Origin: a candidate division FCPU426 bacterium
Lineage (GTDB): Bacteria; Oederibacteriota; Muellerivitia; Muellerivitales; Muellerivitaceae
DNA length: 64,000 bases
Direction of reading: 5' to 3'
Assembly: GCA_963796105.1 (NCBI GenBank)
Contig: CAWCKJ010000002.1
Location: 384,001-448,000 of the forward strand
Part shown: positions 53,223 to 64,000 of the stretch, piece after piece
Position numbering within the stretch: the stretch's first letter is position 1
Layout of the letters: each line of letters starts with the position of its first letter
Notes under the pieces: generated by a model
Databases searched by the model: none
What the model saw: only the letters and a program-made list of their open reading frames with translations
Told to the model about the DNA's origin: nothing
Made by a program: the position numbers and the translations under genes

Positions 53223-55717
53223 ATGAATCGAAGAAAATCCCCAATTTTTCATGGCTTTTTCCGGCTGGCTTTACTGGGTTTAGCGTTGTTTTCATTCTTG
53301 CCCCATTCCCGGGCTGAGGCGGCTGGCCACCAAATTTTGAAAGGCCATGTGCCGGAGGCTGTTTCAACCGCGCCCCTGGTGGGGCCCCTTGAAGATACTA
53401 CCAAGTTCCATTTGGCCATCGGACTTCCCCCGCAAAACCAAGCTGATTTGGAGAACCTCCTTAAGGATTTATATGATCCCAGGAGCACCCTCTACAGGAA
53501 ATTCCTCACGCCGGAAGAATACGCGATGAGATTCGGCCCCTCCGAGAGTGATTACCAGGCCGTGGCTGACTTCTTCCGATTGATGGGCATGAGGGTGGAT
53601 CGGACTTATCCCAACAGGCTCTTGATGGATGTGAGCGGGACGGCAGGGGATATTCGAAGGGTTTTCCATGTCCAAATGAACAAATACCGCAGGCCTGACG
53701 GGAGTTTGTTCCAAGCTTCTGACAGCGAACCCTCTCTCGACTTAGATATCTCCATACAGCACGTGAGCGGTTTGGACAATTTCAACCGCGTCTATCCGAA
53801 AATGCGGAAACTGACCCGGTCCTTTAGAAAGTATGCTGGCGGCTTGGGCGCGAAAAACGGGTCGGTTCAGGTGGGCGTGACCCAACTATACCGGGGAAAG
53901 GATTTGAGGGATTCTTATGTCCCGAATCTTCCGGCATCGGTGAATGGAGCGGGACAATCCGTGGGATTGCTTGAATATGACGGCTGGTATGCTTCCGATT
54001 TAACTTACTATGAGACCCATTGGAGTCCCGCGATAACAGCACCCGCTCCAATAACCTATGTTGCGGACACCTATAACAGTTTTAACGGGACCCCGATTTA
54101 CGCGCTGGATACCGACGAAGTTTCCTTGGATATAGAGATGGTGGTCTCCATGGCGCCGGGAGCGCAGGTCGTAGTCTATGAGGCTTCCCCTGACGACCCC
54201 AGCCTGAGCGCTTCCGCAAACGACATTCTCGCGGCCATGGCCACCACCCTCAGGTGCAACCAGGTCAGCAGTTCCTGGGGAGGATATGGTGACACCACTA
54301 CGACCAACCTAATGAACCAGCTGGCGTCACAAGGCCAGGCCTATTTCGAGGCGTCTGGCGATTACGGGGCCTATGTCAGGGGAGATCCAACCCCCTCGAT
54401 CGCGGCGGCGGGAGACCCCAGCCTCTATACCAGCCAGTTTGAGACCTTGGTCGGGGGGACGGCCTTGTCCACCACGAATCCAGCCGGAACTCCCGCGAGC
54501 ATATCCTATATCTCCGAGAAGACCTGGAACGATTCCATTGGCGCGAGCGGGGGAGGTTCCTGCACGAACCTGATGAACATTCCCTCCTACCAGGCTCCCG
54601 TCCCCATGACAACAAATGGCGGATCCACCCAATGGCGAAACCTGCCCGACGTTTCGGCCGCGGCCGCCAGCCTGCTTCTGGTTTCCGAAAATTATAGTAC
54701 CACCGGTAAGGCTGTTTCCTATTTGGGTTTGATAGACGGAACCAGCGCTTCCTCGCCCCTCTGGGCTGCTTTCTGGTCCCTGGCCAACCAACAGGCTAGC
54801 GCATCAGGCAAGGGTCCCGTTGGCTCGGCCAACCCCCCCTTTATTCCCTGGCTCTCACACCGACCTCGTACGCAAATGATTTTCATGATATCAACGACGG
54901 GAGCAATAATAATTACACGTTTTCCGGACCCTATACGGCTGTTACCGGCTACGACCTGGCCACAGGTTGGGGAAGCCCTAACGGGCAAAATTTAATCAAC
55001 GATTTGGCCGGAGTCGCCCGAACCGCTACCCCCACCGCTACCCCCACGCGGACGCCGACCGCGACCGCTACCCGCACCATGACTCGCACCAAGACCTGGA
55101 CACCGACCATTACTTTCACCCCGACGATTACCCTTACGCCCACGATTACCAATTCACCCACTATTACGAACACGCCAACCATTACCCTGACCCCCACTTG
55201 GACCCCGACAGTAACGGACACACCCACCAACACCCAGACCTATACTCCGACCGATAGTTTCACCCCCACGAACACCCCCACCGTGACCGACACACCCACC
55301 ATCACCCCCACACCCACAATTACTGACACGCCCACAGATACCTACACCCCGACTATAACTCCAACTCCCACGATCACCGATACACCGACCGCGACACCCA
55401 CTCCAACCCCGACTTTCGTGCCTGGGCTTCCTTTTTCAGTTCAAGCTTTCCCGAACATCTCCACCGCCGGGGCGCCCATCCAATTCAACGTGAACCTGCC
55501 GATTCCCATGAGGGTTTATTTGGTAGTCTTTACGTTGGCGGGTGAACCGGCTTTCGCGACCCATGTCCAATATTGGGAGGGCGCCAACAAGTACCAATGG
55601 AAGCCAATGAACCAAAATGGGGAACCGCTCGCCAGCGGGCTATATATCTACTATGTCCGGGCGGTCAACGGGGACCAAGCCTACAAAAAAATTGGGAAAA
55701 TACTCATCTCCCACTGA
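53223..55717 (+). pseudogene. S53 (sedolisin/kumamolisin) peptidase with prodomain, Thr/Pro stalk and T9SS-like CTD, frameshifted at C7 (54833-54839)
   Basis: Prodomain, EVSLD, SSSWG, ASGD, GTSASSP; the conserved tail NPxLY...DFHDI...[13 protein letters not shown] continues in the frame of ORF 55004-55717. Confidence 0.85.
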
Positions 55718-55879
55718 GGGCTCATTCGAACCTTATCCGATGGACCAGTAAAAATGACAACTGGATTTGTTTGAGGTAAACAAGGCGACAGCCCCGCTAA
55801 TCAAGGGCCAATAAAGACTGGAATGAATCAAGATTAAAAATGGATGGACGGTCCCGATGTATTGACTTAGGAGGACTGT

Positions 55880-57514
55880 TTAACTCAATTGCAGGGAAAC
55901 AGGTTCCGGAAGAAACGCCCTTTTGAGCTGATCTTTGATCCTCGGATCGCCTTCTTTTTGAATGGCCGCCATTTCCGTCTCAAGCCTGCCCAAGACATAA
56001 TCCCGGAAATCCTCGAAATGCAGGTAAAGGGCCATCACTGAAACGGCCTGACGGATGGCCACTGGGTTTTTGATGAGGACCTGGAGGAAAACTTTCCAGA
56101 ATTCCCGGCGGGTGGAGGGCCTCATGCCCAATGTCCGCGCAAGACGGGTAAAGGAACGAAGGTACTTGACCTGAAGTCTCAAGGGGATTTTCAATTTATT
56201 CCGGGAACAATCCAGTATCAGCGACATGCGAAGGACCCTGCCGAAGAATTTCTCGGGGGTCAGGGATTCCTTCACCACGCGGTAGAAATCGTTCAGGATC
56301 TCATTGCGGGGGCGCAGCGTCGTGAAATTCAACCCTGCCACGCACTGGCAGGCGGTTTGATCGGGAGGTATCTCGAAATTCTCATCCAGCCGGCCCTCTT
56401 TCTTCAAACGGCGAGTAAGCTGGGTGTTGGGCAGGGCGAACAAGAGCCCCACCATGTTGACCGGGATGGAGGTGGCCTCGATGCAATCCAGGATGGACTG
56501 TGCAACGTCGCCTTTTTCCCCGTCGAAACCCACGATGTACCCGGCGTTGACGATCATGCCATGTCGGATGAGCTTGTGGACGCTCTCGGCGATGGAACGG
56601 TGGGTGTTTTGGCGTTTTTGGGTCGCCAGGAGGGTCTCCTCGTTGGGATTCTCAATCCCCACGAACAGCCAGGCAAAACCCGCTTCCTGCATCAAATCCA
56701 TCAGCGGCTCGTCGTCCGAAAGGTTCAGGGAAGCCTCCGTGGAAAACTCAAAGGGCCATTTATGCTCCTTGGTCCAGCGGATGATATGGGGCAAAAGCTC
56801 CTTGACCGCCTTCTTGTTGCCTATGAAATTGTCGTCCACAATGTCCACGTGGCCGCGGTAGCCGAGCGCATAAAGTGTCTGAAGCTCCTTGAGAACCTGA
56901 TCCGCGTTTTTTCCCCGGGGTTTGCGTCCGAAAAGCTCGATGATATCGCAGAACTCGCACATGAAGGGACAGCCGCGGTTCCATTGGATGCCTACCTGGA
57001 GGTAATCGCTGAATTTTAACAGGTCGAAACGGGGAGTAGGGCTCTGGGTCATATCGGCCTTGCGGTCCGCTGCCAGATAGAGGTGCTTGGCGGCGCCTTG
57101 GTTAAAATCCTCCAAAAACTCGGGAAAGGTTACCTCAGCTTCGCCAAGGATGAGATGGTTCGCGTTATCGTATAAGTGGGGGCTGGAGGTCGCGTCGGGT
57201 CCTCCCGTCACCACGGTCTTGCCCAGGAGGCGAAAATGTCCAATTAATCGCAGATGGTCCGGCTGCTGGGAAATCATGCCTCCCAGGAAGATCATGTCGG
57301 CCCATTGGACATCCTGTTCGTTGAGCTCACGGGTATTGAGATCGTTTAGACGGACCTCCCAATGGGAGGGTAGCATGGAGGCCACGGTAATAAGACCCAA
57401 GGGGGCCGCGGGATAACGGGCGCCGACTATTTCACAGGTAGCGCGGTAGTTCCAGAAGCTTTTGGAAGTGAAACGGGGATAGACGAAAAGACAACGGTGA
57501 GAACGACTAAGCAT
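55880..57514 (-). CDS. Cobalamin-binding radical SAM protein with DUF4070-like C-terminus (class B methylase-like)
   Basis: PLGLITVA, TGGPDATSSP, RGCPFMCEFC (CxxxCxxC), VDDNFIGN; GGAGG RBS. Confidence 0.88.
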   Translation of the reverse strand: MLSRSHRCLFVYPRFTSKSFWNYRATCEIVGARYPAAPLGLITVASMLPSHWEVRLNDLNTRELNEQDVQWADMIFLGGMISQQPDHLRLIGHFRLLGKTVVTGGPDATSSPHLYDNANHLILGEAEVTFPEFLEDFNQGAAKHLYLAADRKADMTQSPTPRFDLLKFSDYLQVGIQWNRGCPFMCEFCDIIELFGRKPRGKNADQVLKELQTLYALGYRGHVDIVDDNFIGNKKAVKELLPHIIRWTKEHKWPFEFSTEASLNLSDDEPLMDLMQEAGFAWLFVGIENPNEETLLATQKRQNTHRSIAESVHKLIRHGMIVNAGYIVGFDGEKGDVAQSILDCIEATSIPVNMVGLLFALPNTQLTRRLKKEGRLDENFEIPPDQTACQCVAGLNFTTLRPRNEILNDFYRVVKESLTPEKFFGRVLRMSLILDCSRNKLKIPLRLQVKYLRSFTRLARTLGMRPSTRREFWKVFLQVLIKNPVAIRQAVSVMALYLHFEDFRDYVLGRLETEMAAIQKEGDPRIKDQLKRAFLPEPVSLQLS

Positions 57515-58009
57515 GAACCCTCCAAGGGCCAAAAGTACCAGCCGGTCTTGTGGCTTCCGGGGGGTTCGTTTGGAAGAAATTTACCATATGTGTTGATATA
57601 TGACTTATATCACAATATGAGTCTCGTTCGCAACAACCCCAATCAAAATCAGATAACAAACAGGAGCAGATGAATGCGCCCTTGTTTATAAAAGAGGGAT
57701 TTTGACTACAACAAATAGCTGTAAAGGACCCGAAAACAAGGTTTCGGAGGGCATAATTGGTTTTTGGGGATTGCCAATCGTGTTTATTTGCATATAAAGA
57801 GTTTGCTTGTAAAAGTTCGGTAAAATTTTCCAACCGGAGCAAATATCGGGGATTCGCCAATATAGCTTGGACGGCCAGATTAACCTTTAAAACAATCCGG
57901 TCTTTAAAACAAAATCGTGGACGCAAATGGACCCTGCGGGGTTGACGATGAGTTATCCTATTCGCCTATGGCCCCAAAATGAGGTCAAAAAAAGAGAGAG
58001 GATGAGCAA

Positions 58010-58882
58010 ATGAAAATTCATTCTAAGGATTTCCGTGTCAAGGAAGGGGAAGAGGTCCGTCTTAAGAATTGGCCTACCAGGATAAAACCTTATTATGAAA
58101 CAAAGGAAAAATACAAAAACATCCTGGAAGAGCAAATTGAAAGTCTTAGTTCCCTCCAGGGGCTTTTTTACGCCCACAATCGTTACTCCTTGCTCCTGAT
58201 ATTCCAGGCTATGGACGCGGCGGGGAAGGACGGGGCCATCAAGCATGTCATGTCGGGAATCAATCCCCAAGGCTGCCAGGTTTCCAGCTTCAAGCGCCCC
58301 AGCGCGGAGGAACTTGAGCATGATTTTCTCTGGAGAACCACCCGCAACCTGCCGGAAAGGGGAAAGATCGGCATTTTTAACCGCTCTTATTATGAGGAAG
58401 TCCTCGTCGCTAGGGTCCATCCGGAGGTATTAAAGGGAGAACAGATTCCGGAAGAATTGATCGAGAAGGACAGCCTTTGGATAGAGAGGTACCGCTCCAT
58501 CGTGGAGTTTGAGAAGCACCTTTACCGCAACGGGACCCGGATCCTGAAATTCTTCCTCCATCTCTCCAAGGAGGAACAAAGGAAACGTTTTTTGGCCCGC
58601 CTGGAGGACCCGGAAAAAAACTGGAAATTCAGCATGAGCGATATCCAGGAAAGAAAATATTGGAAGGAATACTGGAAAGCCTATGAGGAATGCCTGGGTT
58701 CGACAAGCACCGAGAAGGCACCCTGGTACATCGTGCCTGCGGACGATAAACCGAACGCGAGATTGATTATTTCACATTTGATCCTTCATGCCCTCGAGAA
58801 CCTTAAAATGAGTTATCCCAAACCGGATGAGGGGCGTAAAAGGGAATTGGAATCCATCCGGAAAGAGCTGAAGAAGGATTAG
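58010..58882 (+). CDS. ppk2: Polyphosphate kinase 2 family (class III-like)
   Basis: [11 protein letters not shown]alker [28 protein letters not shown]. Confidence 0.93.
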   Translation: MKIHSKDFRVKEGEEVRLKNWPTRIKPYYETKEKYKNILEEQIESLSSLQGLFYAHNRYSLLLIFQAMDAAGKDGAIKHVMSGINPQGCQVSSFKRPSAEELEHDFLWRTTRNLPERGKIGIFNRSYYEEVLVARVHPEVLKGEQIPEELIEKDSLWIERYRSIVEFEKHLYRNGTRILKFFLHLSKEEQRKRFLARLEDPEKNWKFSMSDIQERKYWKEYWKAYEECLGSTSTEKAPWYIVPADDKPNARLIISHLILHALENLKMSYPKPDEGRKRELESIRKELKKD

Positions 58883-58948
58883 ACGCATGTGTCCGGGTGT
58901 TTTCTTCCTAAACGCGCGCGGGTTTTGATCAACTGCTAATTTTTTAGT

Positions 58949-59662
58949 CTAGCGCTTCTTTGCCTTGGACTTGTTCTCCAACAAAAAGCCGAAAAGGGGA
59001 ATCAAGAACAACAGGCAGATCCATAACCAATTGTTCCCTATAAACTCCATGATTTTTTTGGGAAAAGGTGGAGGAGGGGGCGCGACCACGGACACCATGG
59101 TATCAATGGTCTTGAGCAAGCGCGGTTCGTTGAGACTTTTTTTCTGCAAGACGATGGATAATTTTAAGGTCAACCGGTGGTCCCCTTCCTGAAGGGGGGT
59201 CACCATCCAGGTCCAAAGATTTGAATTAGCTGATACTGCCTGCTCGACTACCCCCGGAGGGGTAATACTAAAGGAACCGTCCCCCTCAAGGTCGGCCTCC
59301 AGCAAGTCCATTATATTGACATCCTTGGCTCCGCCCACATCACCGGATAGGGCGCCCTCCGCAACCTTTCTTTTAATTTTCTCAAGCTGGGCCGCCGCCA
59401 AAAGGCGAAGATCGATTTTTTGGGCCAGGTCTTTCATCATGGTTTGCGGCGGATTGTAAGTTATGTATTCCGGCAAGGTTAATTTTTTCAGAAGACGGTT
59501 CAGGGTCGTGGAGGGGTGGTTTTGCTGGGAAAAAACGCCGCTGGGATTTTCTGACTTTATTTCACTGGAAAGGGGTTTTTTCATACAGGACACAGAGAAA
59601 ATGAAGGCGAAACAAAAAAGAATGACTACCACCCATAATGAACGGCTGTAGATTTTTTTCAT
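58949..59662 (-). CDS. Hypothetical exported protein (possible lipobox, C-terminal TM helix)
   Basis: SVS-C after a hydrophobic N-terminus; WTWMVTPLQEG; C-terminal hydrophobic helix with basic tail. Confidence 0.65.
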   Translation of the reverse strand: MKKIYSRSLWVVVILFCFAFIFSVSCMKKPLSSEIKSENPSGVFSQQNHPSTTLNRLLKKLTLPEYITYNPPQTMMKDLAQKIDLRLLAAAQLEKIKRKVAEGALSGDVGGAKDVNIMDLLEADLEGDGSFSITPPGVVEQAVSANSNLWTWMVTPLQEGDHRLTLKLSIVLQKKSLNEPRLLKTIDTMVSVVAPPPPPFPKKIMEFIGNNWLWICLLFLIPLFGFLLENKSKAKKR

Positions 59663-60283
59663 GATTCCCTCGCGCGAAAGTTAGGCATGTCCTGCTAAAC
59701 ATTCCAATGAGGTCTTTTGATGCCAGACCCCAAACATCCAAAATTACAGGAAGAGGTCTCGAACATTTGAAAGCGAGTCCACTTCCGGAGAGCAACTCGC
59801 ACTATTATTCCCAAAAATGAGCTCGAATGTTAGCTAATTATTGATAAGTACGGGAAAAACCAATGAGAAATTAAGCGTAAAAGGGGAATTTACTACTTTT
59901 GGTGGTGGCAGAAAAGGGTATTGAAAAAGGCAAACCGTTTTGAATGGTCTAAGAAGTTATTGTAGAGGGGGTTGTCAAATCATTCCTACAATTTTATTTT
60001 CCACTAAATGAACCCGTCAATTTCCGGTATTTGGGAATTGTGGACGCATCGGTCATTTTTGGCAGGCAATCGTTGTGAACCATTCCAGAAGGATTCTGCG
60101 TTCCCGCGACTCAAAAGATTTATATGTATTTCACAAACCGATATCAATTCAGAAGACAAAGTGAACTTAAAACTCAGCTCGATGTGGTTTCATGAATACT
60201 TTGGGTTAATGACCTTTCCTATGGCGCGGGTGGCATTCGACTCAACTGCTTGTACCAATTTAAAGGGAATAAATTGAAAACGC

Positions 60284-60312
60284 TTGCAACAAAAAGATAA
60301 GGTGGTTATATT
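60284..60312 (+). promoter_or_regulatory. Sigma70-type promoter
   Basis: TTGCAA-17 bp-TATATT, 35 bp upstream of ATG 60348. Confidence 0.55.
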
Positions 60313-60347
60313 TATATTTCCGAACAAAATCGTGGTGAAAGACAATT

Positions 60348-60824
60348 ATGAAATGCCCTCATTGTGGAGCCAAAAACGACGCAGGAAACAAGGTTTGCAA
60401 GGATTGCGGTTTTGCCTTGAAACCGCAAACGGAAAACTCATCCTCAACCACTGTCACGGAATTATTGGGAAAAGACGTGGAGGTCCTATTTTTCACGGAT
60501 AGTTTCACCGGGAAAATATCAGGTATCGTCAATCCTTCCCAGGACCAGATCTTGCGGTACAAAGACGGCATTCTTCAGCATGTCACGATCTCCACCGGGG
60601 TTAGTGGCGTGACTGACGAGATGGCCGGGACCCTTTTGACTTTTATTCGCCAAAGCAAGGATTACCTGGGCGAGAATTTTAACGAAAACAATTATCGATC
60701 CTGGTCCACTGTTGAACTCAAGAAGGAATATCTCCGGCTTTTTGAGAAAATTTTCCTAAGGGCCAAGGTACAGCCGCAGGAATCAAAACCAGGGGGGCAC
60801 ATGGACAAGCCGGAAAAGAAATAA
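60348..60824 (+). CDS. Zinc-ribbon domain protein
   Basis: MKCPHCG...CKDCG. Confidence 0.75.
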   Translation: MKCPHCGAKNDAGNKVCKDCGFALKPQTENSSSTTVTELLGKDVEVLFFTDSFTGKISGIVNPSQDQILRYKDGILQHVTISTGVSGVTDEMAGTLLTFIRQSKDYLGENFNENNYRSWSTVELKKEYLRLFEKIFLRAKVQPQESKPGGHMDKPEKK

Positions 60825-60934
60825 TTCCTGCCCCTTGGGCGCCTATAATCTCCAAACCAGACCTCAAATCCCTTATAAGTCATACCTTGAAAATTATTGG
60901 ACTCTCCCAACCTCTGTGTTAAACTAATGCCCCG

Positions 60935-60962
60935 AAAAGCCCGTATTTACTGGGTTTTTTTT
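60935..60962 (+). terminator. Weak terminator-like hairpin
   Basis: AAAAGCCCGTA-TT-TACTGGG followed by T8. Confidence 0.4.
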
Positions 60963-61084
60963 ATTTGCCGGTTTATATGAACCGGGTACAATCAGCGAAA
61001 GAAAGAAATAAATATTAGAATTTCGTTTAACGCAAAATTCGGGTTTATCCTGCGTGAAATACCAACCTGAAAAAGGGGTTTGTC

Positions 61085-62125
61085 TTGCTCAATTTTCTCC
61101 TGGGTCTTTTTTCCAGCGATGTCGCCATCGACTTGGGAACAGCAACCACATTGGTATATGTCAAAGGCCGTGGAATCGTCCTCCAAGAACCATCCCTCGT
61201 AGTCGTTCATAAAAGTTCCAATCAAATACTGGCGGTCGGGAATGATGCCAAACTCATGCTGGGAAGAACGCCGGGATCTATCGTCGCAATTCGCCCCATG
61301 AAAGACGGCGTTATCGCCGATTTCGAGGTGACCGAAAGAATGCTTCGCTTTTTCATCTCAAAGGTCCACAACCGGCGATCCCTGATCCGGCCCCGCATTG
61401 TCGTGGCCATACCCTCCGGATGCACGGAAGTGGAGAAAAGGGCTGTGCGAGACTCTGCTGAACAGGCTGGCGCGAGGGAAGTTTTCCTCGTGGAGGAGCC
61501 AATGGCGGCGGCAATTGGGGCGGGCATGCCAATCGCCGAACCCCAGGGAAACATGATCGTGGATATCGGCGGTGGAACGACCGAGGTGGCGGTTATCTCC
61601 CTGGGCGACGTGGTTTACGGGAAATCTATCCGGGTCGCGGGGGACGAGTTGGACGAAGCCATTATCAATTACATTAAAAAAACCTATAACATATTGATCG
61701 GGGAAAGAACGGCCGAGGATATCAAAATTCAAATAGGCTCCGCCTTCCCCTTGGACCAGGAACTGCGCATGCAAATCAAGGGCCGGGATTTGGTGACAGG
61801 CCTTCCCAAAACAATCGAGTTGACTTCCGAGGAGGTGCGCGGGGCCCTGGAGGAGCCTTTGGCTCCCATTATCGAAACCATCAAAATGACCCTCGAGAGG
61901 ACTCCACCAGAACTGGCATCGGATATCGTAGACCGGGGAATCATCCTGGCCGGAGGGACATCCTTATTGAAGAATTTAGATGAGCGCCTTCGGGATGAAA
62001 CCGGGGTACCCGTTAACTTGGCGGACGATCCCACCACCGCCGTGGCGATGGGAGCGGGGCACCTCTTGGACAGGTCCATGGATTTCTTAAAGCGTATTTC
62101 AGTCCTCGAAAAGGATTACAACTGA
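61085..62125 (+). CDS. mreB: Rod shape-determining protein MreB
   Basis: [34 protein letters not shown]. Confidence 0.97.
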   Translation: MLNFLLGLFSSDVAIDLGTATTLVYVKGRGIVLQEPSLVVVHKSSNQILAVGNDAKLMLGRTPGSIVAIRPMKDGVIADFEVTERMLRFFISKVHNRRSLIRPRIVVAIPSGCTEVEKRAVRDSAEQAGAREVFLVEEPMAAAIGAGMPIAEPQGNMIVDIGGGTTEVAVISLGDVVYGKSIRVAGDELDEAIINYIKKTYNILIGERTAEDIKIQIGSAFPLDQELRMQIKGRDLVTGLPKTIELTSEEVRGALEEPLAPIIETIKMTLERTPPELASDIVDRGIILAGGTSLLKNLDERLRDETGVPVNLADDPTTAVAMGAGHLLDRSMDFLKRISVLEKDYN

Positions 62126-62201
62126 TAAGGATGCCCGCCCGACCCACGGCCGCCATACCATTCGGATGGCCGACTCTGATAGCAGGACCGTTGGTTGATA
62201 T

Positions 62202-63035
62202 ATGCTGAAATTTTTGCAGAAAAACTTTTCCCGTTTTTTTCTCCTATTCCTATTATTAACCGGCCTTTGGATCCTTGTTTACCGTAATAACCATCCTAAG
62301 TCCGAGCATCTGACGCTCAAAAATCTTTCCCTCTCCCTTTGGCTTCCGGTTCAAAGGTCTGTGAGCTGGGTTCTCGCCGTTCCGGAAAATGTCCTGACCG
62401 CGATCCTGGAACTGGGTCACTTGCGCCAGGAGGTAGCCAGGCTTCAAGTGGAGAACCAATCCCTCCGTCTGGAACTTTCAAACCATAAATCCATCGAATC
62501 GGAATTGACGCGCTTGCAGGAAGTCCTCCAAATCAAGGCCAAACAGCCTCACCAGACGCGCATCGCCCGGATTATCGCCCATGACCCCAGCACCTGGAAC
62601 AAGAGTTTCATCATTGATGCCGGGGCCGAGGATGGCGTGACGGCGGATTCCCCTATCATCACGGAACAAGGAATCGTGGGAAGAATTCTGGAAGTTTCCC
62701 CGAAAAATTCAAGGGTCTTATTGATTACGGATACGAGCTCCAGCGTCGCGGGAATTGATACTAGGTCCCGGGTGACTGGAGTTGTCCTGGGTACCGGGGG
62801 GAGCCAGCTGAAATATGGATACGTGAGCGCTTCCGAGGACGTTCAAGTCGGGGACCCGATCGTTTCCTCGGGATTGGGGGGCGTCTATCCAAAAGGCTAC
62901 GCATTGGGTACGATTTTCAGGAAAGCCATTTCAGAGAATGGATTGAACACGGATATAGAATTGGCGCCTGCTGTGGATTTGGGCGTCCTGGATTATGTTT
63001 TCATACTCCAGCCGGTTCCCGCCATCGGGGAATAA
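62202..63035 (+). CDS. mreC: Rod shape-determining protein MreC
   Basis: TM helix, coiled coil, GIVGRI, SRVLLITD, SSGLGGVYPKG; follows mreB. Confidence 0.93.
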   Translation: MLKFLQKNFSRFFLLFLLLTGLWILVYRNNHPKSEHLTLKNLSLSLWLPVQRSVSWVLAVPENVLTAILELGHLRQEVARLQVENQSLRLELSNHKSIESELTRLQEVLQIKAKQPHQTRIARIIAHDPSTWNKSFIIDAGAEDGVTADSPIITEQGIVGRILEVSPKNSRVLLITDTSSSVAGIDTRSRVTGVVLGTGGSQLKYGYVSASEDVQVGDPIVSSGLGGVYPKGYALGTIFRKAISENGLNTDIELAPAVDLGVLDYVFILQPVPAIGE

Positions 63036-63146
63036 GAGTGCCGTTTTAATAGATATGATTTTCACGTGAGTAAATTAGTTGGAGGGTGAGGCGCAGGTAT
63101 GACACGGATTTCAGCATTTTAAATAAATCAGGTTTAAGGATGCGGG

Positions 63147-63629
63147 ATGAAATTTCCGAAAGAAATTCTATGGGTTCTAGGTCTTTTATACCTTCAACAA
63201 GTAGGGGGAATCTCCGAATGGGGAATAGACCTGCCCTTGATTTACGTAATTTTGGCGGGATTGAGAACCACCGCCCCGAAAGCCGCTGGTTGGGGATTCG
63301 TCATGGGTTTGGCGGAAGATTTATTATCGGCAGGCTGGTTTGGGGTGCACACCATCGCGAAAACTCTTACAGGAATTTTGTCATCGCTTTCCCAAAGGCA
63401 CGTTTACCGCGAGAAAATATTAACCCAAACGTTTCTCATCTTTATCATGTCGTCCTTTCATCAGCTTTTCGTTTGGGGAATCCTAAAATGGGATGGCTCG
63501 GCACCGCCCTTTGCCGACGCTTTAGGGATTGTGGGTCGGACGGTTTTCATGACCATGATCGCCGGATCGGGAGTTTCTTATATCGTAGTGAGATTCCGGC
63601 GGCGCAAGCAGGATCCCGCAACCGCTTGA
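63147..63629 (+). CDS. mreD: Rod shape-determining protein MreD
   Basis: Polytopic, GFVMGLAEDLLS...FGV; follows mreC. Confidence 0.85.
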   Translation: MKFPKEILWVLGLLYLQQVGGISEWGIDLPLIYVILAGLRTTAPKAAGWGFVMGLAEDLLSAGWFGVHTIAKTLTGILSSLSQRHVYREKILTQTFLIFIMSSFHQLFVWGILKWDGSAPPFADALGIVGRTVFMTMIAGSGVSYIVVRFRRRKQDPATA

Positions 63630-63823
63630 TGGCGGTTAATCCCCGGAATCGACATTCCTTTTGCCTTCGGTTTGGGTGAGAAAGATTAAGTTTAAATCCT
63701 CCCGTTGAAAGGCGGTTTGAGAATGCCATGTTTCGAAGGTTTGTTTATTCCAACGGGGTTCTTAAAATTTTTTCAAAACAAAATTTTTCAGGTGTTCAAA
63801 ATAAATGTTTTTAGGATGCCCAT

Positions 63824-64000
63824 GTGGTTCTAGGAAAATCCAACTCAAAAATCGGGGGTTTTTCCGATCGGAAGTTGAACTTTCTTCTGGGAATCATTCT
63901 TTTGGCTTTTTTGGGCATTTTCTTGAAGCTGTTTTATCTCCAAATTCTCAACTACCCGACCTTCAGGGGTTTATCCGATTCCAATAGCTTAAGGCTCATC
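63824..64000 (+). CDS. mrdA: Penicillin-binding protein 2 N-terminus (runs off window; not in ORF track)
   Basis: GTG 63824 after AGGA; TM helix then KLFYLQILNYPTFRGLSDSNSLRLI, typical of the PBP2 N-terminus; follows mreD. Confidence 0.8.
   Translation, partial: MVLGKSNSKIGGFSDRKLNFLLGIILLAFLGIFLKLFYLQILNYPTFRGLSDSNSLRLI

Noticed and set aside
53223..55717. Two separate genes as given in the ORF track
   Set aside because: The conserved S53 C-terminal motifs continue in the second frame across a homopolymer, so it is one frameshifted gene
55880..57514. Assignment as hopanoid methylase hpnP
   Set aside because: The domain layout is shared by a large family and no hopanoid genes are nearby; needs phylogeny
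59663..60283. ncRNA or gene in the AT-rich intergenic gap (ORF 60008-60277)
   Set aside because: No RBS or protein-like signal, only a short hairpin; no recognisable RNA family
60897..60925. mreB promoter TTGGAC-17-TAAACT with extended -10
   Set aside because: Plausible, but a terminator-like hairpin lies immediately downstream; cannot decide from sequence alone
63630..64000. mre operon lacking mrdA
   Set aside because: Manual translation shows a PBP2-like N-terminus from 63824 running off the window

Overview
Bacterial chromosomal window of roughly 50-60% GC, from a diderm organism (it encodes an autotransporter and a PorV-like outer-membrane barrel). The style resembles an uncultured candidate-phylum genome such as FCPU426, but that is an unverified impression. 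Housekeeping content: the 3' part of a hydrogenase-4-like/Ehr membrane complex operon, an NmrA-family protein, a TMEM175 K+ channel, thiS-thiG-thiO with a convergent MoeB/ThiF-rhodanese gene, rmuC, YggU, PilZ, an AbrB-Doc toxin-antitoxin pair, a diheme cytochrome c, a B12 radical SAM enzyme, PPK2, and mreBCD with the start of mrdA. The dominant theme is cell-surface biology. Four tandem GT-C-type membrane glycosyltransferases (TMEM260/DUF2723-like, ArnT/PMT-like, TMTC-like) share the window with several exported proteins carrying (Thr-X)n stalks. Three of these end in a type-IX-secretion-like/FlgD-Ig C-terminal domain, and the 3384-aa one is translationally coupled to a PorV-like barrel with FN3-like domains. 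Together these suggest a possible non-Bacteroidota 'CTD export plus protein O-glycosylation' system (inference). Features missing from the ORF track or non-coding: a 24-unit array with 21/22-bp period (26035-26555), an 80-bp tandem duplication carrying an RBS hairpin, a 136-bp MITE-like element with an 8-bp target duplication, a 13-aa Lys-rich micro-ORF with its own SD and terminator, a 46-aa membrane ORF, and a poly-C frameshift in a sedolisin gene. No rRNA, tRNA or CRISPR array was seen.
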